Shown here: positions 1 to 14,900 of the stretch, piece after piece
Position numbering within the stretch: position 1 is the stretch's first letter
Layout: every line of letters begins with the position of its first letter
Source: Ramazzottius varieornatus
Taxonomy: Eukaryota; Animalia; Tardigrada
Assembly: GCA_001949185.1 (NCBI GenBank)
Contig: BDGG01000015.1
Coordinates: 1,121,036-1,185,035 of the forward strand
DNA length: 64,000 bases
Reading direction: 5' to 3'
Translations under genes and position numbers: made by a program
Notes under the pieces: generated by a model
Databases searched by the model: none
Told to the model about the DNA's origin: nothing
The model's input: the letters and a program-made list of their open reading frames with translations, nothing else

Positions 1-1737
1 GGGATGGCAATGAAAGGCCAACATATGGTGCGCCACCTGTTTCCGACAGCGGACAATTTTCCCTCAATCGACGAGTGCGCTGTCGCCAGCGCGGGCTCGT
101 CCTGGCTCGACATCCTCATCATCATTGGCAGTTTACGGGGAGCTAGCCATGTTCGCCTTATTAATGCGTGCGAAAGACAGTATAGACATTAAAATTCTCT
201 GGCCCAGGCGAGGGAGCAACAGCGATCGCGGTAGTCGTACCATATCGCTGAGTTTGTAACAAAATCGATCTCGCGCCGGCGTACTTGAGATGCCAGTAGT
301 CTATTTGGCCTGCTGTTTGCCGTACACATCCAGCCTGGTGTTTCACACCAGTTCTTTCAATATCAAACTATACAATTACGATGTCGAAGAACTCGTGTAC
401 TTGCACTACACGCGCCGAAATATCTTTTCACGGGCAACGAGGAAGGGCACTATGAAAATTACGCGCTCCGCCAGAGTGATGGCTCCGCTAAGAATATCGC
501 GGACGCGCTTCCGTTTACTATAACCGTTGTTTGACTTGACCAGCACTTGCAACCCCCTTACTGCACCATGGAGAATTTGCTAATTTCCACCAAATCAATC
601 AGGGAATAGGCTCGACAGTCCCAGTGACCAGCAACTGTAACACTGTGAGCCGGGCCAAGCTGCCAGTGCCTCCCAGCAATCATGACTGTTGCTGCAGCAG
701 CCAGCTAGAGCCAGATAGGCCAATCGTACCGTTCCGTCCCTCCGTTTGAGTCAAGTATCGACGCCAACAGGCCAACAGGCACGGAGACTCGGTAGTCCGT
801 ACACAGGCACGGGTTGTCGGGCCTTGCTGCCGCACAGTGGCAATTTCTCCACCAGTTCGAGCAGGCTGCCATTGGCACCAGTGTGTGTGTGTTGATAAGA
901 CGCGTTTGTCAGTCCGATTCATAATCTTCTTCCGTTAGAGTCCCTCTTTTTATGTGGACGATATAAACTTAAATTGCCTTGGAGTTGGAGGAGGGGACAA
1001 ATTATCACTTAAACCTGTGGATCGTAACTTTGATGGGGCACATCTGTTGGTGTGCTTGGGTGCCGTGCTGTGTGGACGCTTGATCTATCCCTTTTTTCTG
1101 CGCTGCCATACCTGGCTGCCTGGCTGGTTGGATGTGTTTGAGTCACAGGAGGAAGAGCTAACACACAGCAGCTGGCAGCAATCGAACATTGCGCGCTGTG
1201 ATAATCGAGGAAGTGACGATCCGGACTCCGGAGTGGAAGGGAAGACTACAGCTGCCTAATGCATTATCCTGTATGTAATGTCATGTCATATGTCACCCAT
1301 GTGTATATTCTCCGATCAAATGGCTGATCCCATCCTTTTCCTTCGCTGCATATAATCGTCCCTGTGCTTCATCTGTTTAACTTTTTAGTGATTGTACTCG
1401 AAGCTGGTGGGTTTTACGTGCATGACGTGACGCTTTCATCGTTCGCCAGTCTTGGGGCTTTCAGCAGGAAGTAAGCACACGCAGGAAGAGGAAGAGACAT
1501 TGGGGCCTATCGCTCAGTGCAACAAATTGCTTATTATGCCAATGGCGTCTGAATAGCCCCTGTGCAGCCACTCTCCTCCCTCATCATTTGTCCCTCACGT
1601 TTAATCTCTCCTCTAGCCAAGGATCATCTGCTGGACCAAGCTGACGCTGGGGTTGAAACCAGGGATAAATTACCCGACTCGAAGTGCGCTTTAATTGGAC
1701 TACTCGTTCCGTTCTTCCAGCAGCCTTCTCACAAGAG

Positions 1738-5358
<3,621 letters not shown>

Positions 5359-5686
5359 CGGTGGACAGCTCTGTTTTTTCTTGGCGCTGTTGGCTAGTCG
5401 AAGAAGAAGGCATGTGGCTTTCAAAGCTCCTAGCCATCGCCAGCAGGCCGTTAGTTAAAGGGCGAATACCCCCCTCTTCGTTCTGTGTATAGAATATTTT
5501 GCCCTGGTCATGAAAGAAGAAAAGAAGAAGAACATGTAATGCAGAGGAGATAGAGAAAACAAAGCTTTTTATGAATCTTTTCGAAGTAAATTTTTCTCTC
5601 TTTTCTTGTGCCCCACAGTGTCTGTCGCTCACAGCGACATACCGGCAAATCTCTCTTTTGGCGCGAGAGAAGTTTTTCGGTCGTCG

Positions 5687-5708
5687 GTCAGTCAGTCAGT
5701 CAGTCAGT
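5687..5708. repeat. (GTCA)n microsatellite in the probable calcineurin 3' UTR
   Basis: gtcagtcagtcagtcagtcagt, about 5.5 units. Confidence 0.7.
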
Positions 5709-6417
5709 TCAGGTTTTATTAATTATAGTCTTTTATATGTTATATTTCTTCGATGATTCATTGCTATGCCGGTAACATTAGATTTTGACTTCTTAACTAA
5801 TTAATATCAACTGAGTCCCACTGTTTTACGCGTTCTGTTGCATACGTTTTTCCTCTTTCTTTCACCCCCCTCTGCCAATGGTTTATTCCAGCCTGAAGCC
5901 ACACGCGTTTTGATCTGTGCTAGTCTTGGGTTTTTAATTGGTCTTTTTGATGGCTTCAGTTTTGTTGCTGCAGCCACGTTTATAGTCACAATGCGTTCGG
6001 TCCAACTTCAACCTGGTTTCCTGTAACAGTAGTAAGGCAGTTCATCAAAAAGCAGCACTTATTCGGTTTTTTTGACGTGGAGCAGCCGATAATGAATACA
6101 AAGTGCAGAGGTTTCTGGCAAAACTAGTCTCAAGTGGTAAAAGTTTCACTGTCTTGTGGTACAAAAGACGGCAGGTGGCTTTTCCGTAGTGGCATATTGG
6201 GTTTCACAACGTCGCCAGTACCTGTGGTATTGAATTTCCGCGCTGGCAAGACAAGGCTACGTGTTGTCTACTTCCGACTCGTGTAGAGGCTAGCAGATGG
6301 GGCTGTATCCTGACTGATGCGACCGGGAGTAATTAGGGAGCTGGCTTCATCCAGCATGGCAGTTAGACTAGCCACATGTTTCCTGTCAGATAGAGGGGAG
6401 GAAAATTAAATAAATAA

Positions 6418-9400
6418 TCATGAACCAGGCTGCAGCAAGCTGGGGCACAGACTTGAGGCCAGGCGCGCGCGTATTGACTTGTCCAACCTGATCTCTTGCC
6501 TCCGCGTCTGCAGATTGTCCAGGAATGTGGTGGTGGGGCCTTGACTTAAGCTGCCATACGTGCTCTGTAAGGATAAAGAGGGATTATGCAATAACATGCT
6601 TGTCGAACTGGAAGCCATTCAAGGCAGGCTAGCGAGCTGTACAAGCACCCTCTCCCTTCCCCGTGACACATTGCACTGGCCGCTTGTTAATTGACAGGCT
6701 AAAGATTACAGTAGGCACTCCATGGATAATTTACAGAGGGATGATGATGAGGATGGGATCCCCAAGTGATTAGCTCATGCAATTACTGTACATTACATCT
6801 TTCACTCGAAAGCCGCAGTTCACATCGGTACGCAATGCCTTGTTGTCCAACTTTACGCGGATATCGTGCCGACCTCGAATATCAATCTCTAGCTCCTTAT
6901 TGACCCGTTGTAGCGTTTTGATGTGAGGATGAAAGGCGTGCTTGTTGATCGTCCTCCATTCTACTTCATTGTCCCATGGTGCTCCATTGTTGCTGTGAAC
7001 GTGATCGCAGAGAATCCTTGCATTCTTGGGCGTCACCAGGGCACTACGGAGCATGGAAACAAAGGAATTAGATAAACTGGAAAAATATCCTGATAAAATT
7101 ATGGAAAATTCACAGACATTATTATTGGTGGTTAGATTTACAGTTCGGTACCTGGAAGTCCAGTTGATGTTGGTCAGTAAGCCGAAGGATGCGGTATCGA
7201 AGACAGCGGCCACAGGACAAACTGGTGTATTGGTCGAGTCGCCTGCGCCATCTTGATGAGGGCCATCTGCAGCGTGCAGTGACGTGTTGCGGAGAACTAT
7301 CACGATACTCATGCTGGGGGCGTATTCAGCCGTTATGCAAGCAGTTCTCCCATCCAAGTAGCTACAGCAAAGTAAAGCAGTGAAAGCCAGCAAGTACTGG
7401 TGGGAAAAGGAGAGAGGGAATCTTACGGGTAAAAGTTGGTGGCCTGTGGAGCTTGATTGGCGTAAACGGACAAAGAGTCCTCCTTGGAGTCTCTGACGTC
7501 TTGCCTACGCAGGATGGTGCTTGGAAGTAGTGGCTAGATTAACAAGTTAACTACTGTCGAGAGATGGTCAAAGTGAAGCAGCAGACAGTCTCTGCTTACC
7601 CACGCGTGGAAGCCGTCTCCAGCAGCGGGGATGTCCGGAACAGCCATGTCAAGAATCTGTTCGGAAAAGAGCTTGCTGGTCGATCGGTGGGCTGGTCCGA
7701 AGGAGCGAATGGTCCAGCCGGTTTTTGAGCAGATCTTGGACGACAAGGACCATGTCATGGTGTTAGCCTTGTAGCGCGTGTCGGCATCTTCTGCACCGAG
7801 AGCCAAAGTTCCCCTCGCATCTAAAGAAGGACCATCTACTGTTAGCAAAACCTGGAAGATGGTTGTGGATGGCTTGATGGGAGCAGCTTTCTCACTTACT
7901 CTGACTTTGACGGCGACCCAAAGAGCCAGCAGAGCCAATAGAGTCGGCTCGCTTGGCTGCAGGCTTACCGCTGGACGGTCGCTTGGTCTTCTCCAAGGGA
8001 AGCGAGAGATCGTAGGCATGCTCCTTCTTCTTCTTATAGACCGGGGCTGGTGTTGCCGAGGGCAAAAAACCTTTGGGCACCTTCGCATCAGAGTCTCTCT
8101 CTAGGAAGCCTTTCAGCGCACCTTCGCTCAGCCGTTTCTCCTCCTTGCTGCGAGACAACCTCTTCTTGAAGCTTTCTCTCAAAGCTTTCGCACTGTTATC
8201 GCCGTCTGCTGCTTCTTCCTCGATGATGACCACGTCCGAGACATCCGACTCGCTGCTGCTCTCTCCCGACTCCGATACTGATTCTTGGCGCTCTGCAGCT
8301 GCGGCCTCTTCGTCCTCTTCCTCCAGCAGCTGCGTGATAATGTCCAGTTCGCCAACCTCACTGCTGGTCCTCTCGGGGAACTGACCGGCTCCTTCGATCA
8401 GAGAACCAACCAGCGAAGTACGCATATTCCTGACTGTGTCGGAAACACCTCCGCCGAAGAGCAGCTGCTCCATTTCTCGCTGGAACTCTTCACAGCAAAA
8501 GTGCTGCAAAAGAAAGTAGAAACTCAACGAGGAAAGGCCCATAAACTGAACAAAGACGATTTCAAATGAGAATGCAACTGACTTCCGGGTCAAAGACAAA
8601 GTCTTCCTCGTCCTTATGCAAGAGCTTGTAGCGGAACAGCTCTTTCAAGTCCATGAACTTAATTTCTTGCCTACACTTGTCACAATAGCCACGCATTAGC
8701 GCCAGGAAGAAATCTTGGGGCAAAGGCGGTTCTCCTTCGTCGACATATTCCTCAGGTAGTTCTTGCAAAGATCCGATATGTTCCAGCTTGAGATAAGAAT
8801 CTTCCTGTTGTAAGCGTTCACTCATGTAATCTCTATAGGCAGCACTTTGCTCATAGGCAAGCGAGGTTCTCAAGGCGTTGGACGTTCTGTCAGCAACGCC
8901 GTAATGCGTATCTTCCATATTCTGCCGGAAGAGTTGCTCGTCGAAGTTAATCTGGACTTGGTCCTTGACGTCGGCTGACAAATGTGCGCCCCCTTCTTCA
9001 GGACTATCGTCATCCTCCAAATACTCCTCTTCTTCTTTAACCATGTGGTCACTGTAGGCCGGCCCTACTTTACCCTCGTCTTTGACTTTTCTCTTGATAA
9101 CTCGAACAGCAGGTTTCGGGGAAAAGCCCAGTTCTTCTTCATCCTCCAGCTCTTCGATGTCGATGACGAAGCCTCCTTCGGCCTCTTTGGCCTTCTTTTC
9201 CTTCTTCTTCCGTTTGAAATTGTTCTGCTCGGCAAACTGGACATCAGAGGGCGACAGACCAAAACCGTTATCCTCTTCCTCATCCTCCTCCTCTTCAATA
9301 AGCTCTTCTTGCTCGACCAAGTTGAAGTCTCCCCGCGGAGTGCCATCAGAATTAAGAGCTTGCTTAGTCTTTTTCGTCCTTTTCGTCGTTACTTGCTTGA

Positions 9401-11280
9401 AGGCCGTTTCGTCATCGCCAAAGAACTCAAAGTCTTCGTCGTCTTCTTCAACCAGAATTTCGAAGCCATGTTGGTTAATTCTTCGCGAAGGTTGCTTTTC
9501 TTCCTTGTATAACACCGTTCCGTCTTCTTTCCTATAAACGCCATCGTCACCTCGCTGCACCACTTCCCCATCGACATTCCTCAATACGCCGTCTTCACCA
9601 AGTTGAACACCAGCCAAAGCAAGACCATTTTGTGCGGAAGTCTTCGCTTCATCGTACAACGCGGTTCCATCTTCTCTTCTATACACACCGGTATCATCCC
9701 TCTGCACAACTTCCCCTTTCTCATCACGATAAACTCCATCCTCGTCCTTAAAGACTCCGGCTTTAGCCAGGGCTTTTTCGACACCGGGCTTTTCTTCTTG
9801 GAACAAGACAGTACCATTGGGGTTTCGATATAGGCCTTCCTTGTCCCGCTGAACAAGCTCACCATTCTGATTTCGCATGACACCGGTCTCATCCCATTGA
9901 AGACCGGCTTTGGCCAGAGCTGCTTCAAGCGGGCTTCCCGGTTCTTGGAACAAGACGGCTCCATCAGGACTTCGATAGATACCTTTCTGGTCCCGTTGTA
10001 CCACATTTCCAGCTTCATTCCTCCATAAGCCATCCTCACCTTGACTTATGCCGGCTTTGGCCAGGGCAGCCTCCACTGGACGCTTCGGCTCCTGGAACAA
10101 GACAGTACCATCGGCGGCACGATAGACGCCCTTTCCGTCCCGTTCTACTATGTCACCGTTCTTGTCTTTGAAGCCACCAGCTTGGTCTGGCTGGATACCT
10201 GCTTGATGCAGACCTCGTTCGATCTTCCCTTTCTGTATCTCGGCTTGAAGAGCTTGCGCTTGGGTCTTGGGTTCCTCGGATAAGACGGTACCGTCTTGGC
10301 TGCGGTAGACACCATTGAGGTCCCGCTGGACAATGTTACCCTCCTTGTCTGTCAACAGACCAGTCCCATCTCGTTGAATACCTGCTCGCTTCAAGCCTTT
10401 GTCGATTCGCTGTTTGATCATGTCAGCTTGCTGCACAGGACTTTGCACCAGTCTTTCCACAGCATGCGCTTTCATACTACTCATTACGGCTTTGCCGTCA
10501 GGTCCTCGTCGAGCCATCTTCCTTCGTTGAATCGGGCGGTCGTCTTGCTCGTCTACGGCGGAATGTTGATGATCTTGAGGAAGCATTTGCCTTGAGTTAT
10601 GAACGTGGTCGTCGCCAACGCACATCGAACTGTAGACGGATTGTACCCTGTGCGCATCGCTGATCCGGTGGCAAGACCCAGAGATGGAAGTTTGCGTACC
10701 GTCTCCTACCTGTAAGACTACTTCCTGTCGCTCGATACCTGCAAAGACCAAAGCAGCTACGTATGTACCAGCTAAGCTGGCGTCAAACTTGTTTGTGGGT
10801 TACCTGTTATAGGTCTTCGCAAAGCATCAACAGTCTGCCCACCCATCTCGAAGACTGCCTGACGAGTTTGTCTGCGGCGACCTCGCTTCGATACATGAAC
10901 CTGCCGCGGATTCTGTAGTATGGGTACTGGACCAAAAGGACCAATGAAACGTTGACCTAGGGCGGCTCGCAGCGCTCCAAAGGGGTCATCTTCGTCAGAG
11001 TCCTCCTGGTTGGACAGACGTTTGCCGGCCAGGAAGCGGGCAAAGGCCGTGGATGTCAGTCGTCGGCCATTTTGAATGGAGGCAAAGCCCAGCTTCTGCA
11101 GTAGACTAGCGCTGAGATCAGTCTGCGCTGCTGTGCTGACTTGACTGACGACATGACCGAGAGCAGCGTGAGCATGAATTTCAGCTTCGGCTTTGACATC
11201 AGGGAGTTCGCTGAGCGGAGTGCCACCGTCCGGACCGAATAAGGGATGGATCACATCTCGAATGGGCACTTTGATGACAT
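6418..11280 (-). CDS. ERICH6/FAM194-like glutamate-rich protein with N-terminal tandem repeats (start and stop exons uncertain)
   Basis: In-frame exons approx. 11280-10804, 10738-8583, 8503-7897, 7820-7600, 7533-7427, 7361-7152, 7043-6797, 6565-6418. Glu-rich middle; CDKC...HFCCEEF; TMTWSLSSKICSKTGWTI; C-terminal AAVFDTASFG and W...H.H...RVNKELEIDIRGRHDIRVKL...VNCGFRVK resemble the FAM194 domain as I recall it. Coding status is secure (729-aa ORF); the family call is from memory. Confidence 0.7.
9496..10406 (-). repeat. Six tandem ~49-aa coding repeats (~147-150 bp period)
   Basis: Unit consensus (A/G)LAKAG-h-x-x-x-x-G-h-h-R-(N/D)-x-x-G-(E/N/D)-h-VQRD-x-x-G-h-YR-x-x-DGT-h-L-(F/Y)-x-E; DNA echo GGAACAAGAC(A/G)G near 9800, 9947 and 10094. 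Confidence 0.9.
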
Positions 11281-11936
11281 CTGCGGCAGAACTAGGTTAT
11301 TGTGGCCATGGCACCAATGTCCAAGCATCTGCAACAGGGGATGGCTTGGGAAATCATACTGACCTAACCTAGACAAGGATCACTGTGGCATCGCTTCAGT
11401 AGGGCAGCTTGAGCCTCGGGCATCAGCCGGATATTCACAGTTCGCTCAGTACAAGAAGGAGCCCACTAACTGTCCTAATTTCCTCCTTGACAACCATCTA
11501 TGCTAGATGGATGAAACCTTCTTTTACCTTCTGCTCACACATGTCAAGAGGGACAAACAGATGACAGGTGTACCGACACCCCAACAAGGAAAAGCTCATG
11601 CAATCAGGGCTGGTCACCGCGGCCGGAAATAAATATGCGCCCTGCAGACAGAGGCACGTCGGGTAAGCACAATGGGAGAGTTCCAGGTCAATCAGCGATA
11701 TATGCTTTTGATACCAGGGATTCCAGGTCTAATATATGCAGGATAGCTAGTTGAGTTAGATTAGCATGATCATAAATGGACAAAATGGTCCGAAATGCAA
11801 GGGGACAGCTGAATCAGAGCAACGACGGCACATGGGGACTTGAGAGAGCTCCTAAAAGTCTCTCTAATGATTGTTATCAACTTTTTATGCCTTTTCTATC
11901 ACCGGTGTTGCACCCACAGGGCATTTAAGGAGGAAC

Positions 11937-14900
11937 TTATCCATGCACTGTGACTGCGTTTCCTGACAAGTCATTTCCAAACTCATCTCGGCCATCTTCT
12001 GTAGTGTCAGTCCAGATAGCGTTGGCGTATGCCAACACTTGCTCCATCTTAACGTTGTCCACTGCGTTGGAAACGTACGTCTTGATGGTATGGATGGCTT
12101 CATTTCCGCTCTTGACGATGGTCTCCTATGAAAAGCACCTCAGCTCAATTTAAAACGGCCAGCGTGACTTAAGACAGCAACTTACATCGTTAACGGTGTC
12201 CATCAAATATTGCACTTCCGGTTGAGCACTGAGCGACTGCCACAAGCCATTGACGGCCTTCTTGGCCACCTTGAGGTAGTGGGAGATGCCGTTGGACATA
12301 TCTTGGATGGTCTCGGCAGATCGCTTGCTTCGTGTGGGTTCCAGGGAGGCTTCGCCGCCGTTAAGGCAGACACCCTTCTCGGTGGAGCCTGGTGTGCAGT
12401 ACTGCAGGCGAGGCTCGGCACCACCACCGTAAGGTAGCTGGCCGGACATGACGTACTGCTGTTGGTTGGAGGCCGAAGCTTGGTAGCTGTTGGAGCTGGA
12501 GCCGGAGGCCATGTAGTTGATGCTACCGGGACAGCCAGGAGACTGCGAGCCAGGACTGCAAGCCTGTGGAGCTGGCGCAGCAGGTTGAGCTTGTGCACCG
12601 CTGGTGTGAATCTGGATGGTCAAGTGGCCGTTGGCCACAGGGACCGAGTAACTCTGGCTGGGGCTGGAGGCAGAGGAGCTGTGGGACTGTCCAGCCGAAG
12701 CGTATTGTGACGAACCTGTCGACGAACAAACTTCTGATTAAGCTTAAGTGAAAGAAAGCCAAGGATGGCTGGCTGCGTGACAGTGGTAGCAAGCTGGCTT
12801 GGTTGCCCGTCCAATTCTGCCATTTTGTCCACGACAAAGCAAGCTTGTCAAAGTTGTGCACAGTACGCTCTTGTCAGGCTACACTATACTGGAGTGCTGC
12901 TGGGCCTCTAAAAATTGTTGGCCTGCAAGACTGTGTTACCTTGGGAAGATTGGGCTTGATAGTATGGAGACTGGTAAGCGTCAACTGGAGAGTAGGAAGG
13001 TGCAGCTTGGGAGACGGAGTAGGAGGGGTAGATGGCTGGGGACTGGGCTTGCGCCTGTTGGTAGGAAGGCTGAGGTGGCGGTGCGGGGTAGTGGGCTTGT
13101 TGGTAGGATGAAGAGGGTGCCGAGTAGGAGACTTGGGGCTGGCTGAGCTGAATATGGATGCGGTGGGTCTGTGGTTGGGAAGCTGGAGAAGGGAGGCAAG
13201 CGGAGCTCTGTTGGCTGTAACCGCTGCCACAGGGCGAGGCTGCCGGCGCCGGGTAGGAGGCTTGCATGCCACCCGTCAGGTAGATGGCTTGCGTCTGCGA
13301 TTGCGACTGGACCGGTTGGCGAGCCTGTTGCTGAAACTTGGAGACCATGTCTTGCATCACTTGGCTCAGCTGGCTTTGGATGCTGCTGGCCATGGCGCCG
13401 AAACTGCCTGCAAGCAACAAGTAAAGGCTATGTTACGCAGTTTCTTGTCGATATCAAGTCTCTGCTCTGTCGCTACCTACTTGAAGAAGATGCGCAGGAC
13501 GATGGACAACCTGCACCAGCCATGGCCATGGCACCGGATCCTCCACAACCGCCGCATCCGCCACCACCCCCTGCCATAGCCATAGCATAGGCATTACGAC
13601 GAAGTCGTTGGACCATTACTTCGGGCTCGGACACAGTGGCCCATGAAGATACCTCGAAAGCATGCAAAGCCATCTCTCTCGCTTCGTCAACCTTGAAGCT
13701 GGTCAAAACGTCGTGCAGTTCGTCCTGGCTATACTGGACGATGTCTACCAGCCGTTGAGGCACTTCACTTAGGCTGACAGATGCCATGGATTCGGGGACC
13801 AAAGGGTGTTGAACAGACCAGCCGCTCACTTCGTCGTCGGCGGCCACCTGGGGAGCCTTATGGGCAACTTTCATCTGCTTGGCGGCGTTGCGCAGAGCAT
13901 CCCAAGCCACTTCGACGGAGAAGTCACCGAAAATACCCTTCTTTGATCTAGAACGACAATAAGACATCCGTCAGTGATAGGCTGAAACAAAACTAATGCC
14001 TGAAGATCAGGCGATGCGCGGGTCGAAGTGGGGACCCCGAGGTCATCACCGTATGACTCAGTTCAAGTTGCGCACTTCCGCTTTGAAGAAATTCATTGTC
14101 CCAAGTTGTGTCTTACGTACCCTTGGGTGAATTTTCCTTTGAGAGTCTTCTTCGGTACATAGAATGTGAGGTCAGTCGAGCTGTTAGCGGTGGTCAACAT
14201 TGCCGAGAAAGCCGCTGTAATCTCTTGGCCAGGATAGAGGTCCATCTTGTAGGAGGACATCTTGTTCAACTTATCCAGCGTCTTCTTGAGCATGAGGCGG
14301 CTAGTCTTGTCGCTGATAGGGGGTACCTTGACCGTCCAATTGGCCGTGGTCAGTTCCGCCACTGGAGTCTTGCTCTTGGCGACCAATCCTTCAGCTTCCA
14401 TCATGATGATCTGGTTTCTGACGACTCGGAGCTGCTTCTTCTGAAGGAGGTTGCTGCTCTCATTCACCTGCACTTCGATCTTGCCCGTCTTGAGAGGGCT
14501 GTAAGGCGTCTGGATGCTCAAGGAAGCTTGTTGGCTCTTGGGGTTGGCCCAGAGCAGCATATTGAATCTGATGTCGTCGGTCATGCTCTTCTTGGCGATA
14601 AAGGTGCCGTTGATGATGCCCGACATGTTGAGGCTCTTGGGTCCTGCTGAAGGTCGGGCGTAAGTCATGTCGACGACGGACTCGATGGCGGGAATGCCAT
14701 TATCACCATCGGTGGTGAAGAAGAAACGGTGGGTGGTTGGCTTGTTGTGACCGCCCAGCACCACGCTGGCCGCTGTCGAGAGGAACTTGGGCAGGATGGC
14801 CATGGTCATGTTGTGCAGGAACTTCGCACTGGCCATTGCCTTCATGGCAGCAATCGAACTTACTGTAGCATACAAAAGGCAACATCCAGTTGACAACTTG

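Noticed and set aside
4-1560. Short ORFs upstream of calcineurin (290-523, 954-1259 and others)
   Set aside because: No recognisable motifs; the splice-like signals fit 5' UTR exons or promoter of calcineurin.
9496-10406. CRISPR-like or satellite array
   Set aside because: The periodicity comes from protein repeats within an open exon; there are no identical repeats with unique spacers.
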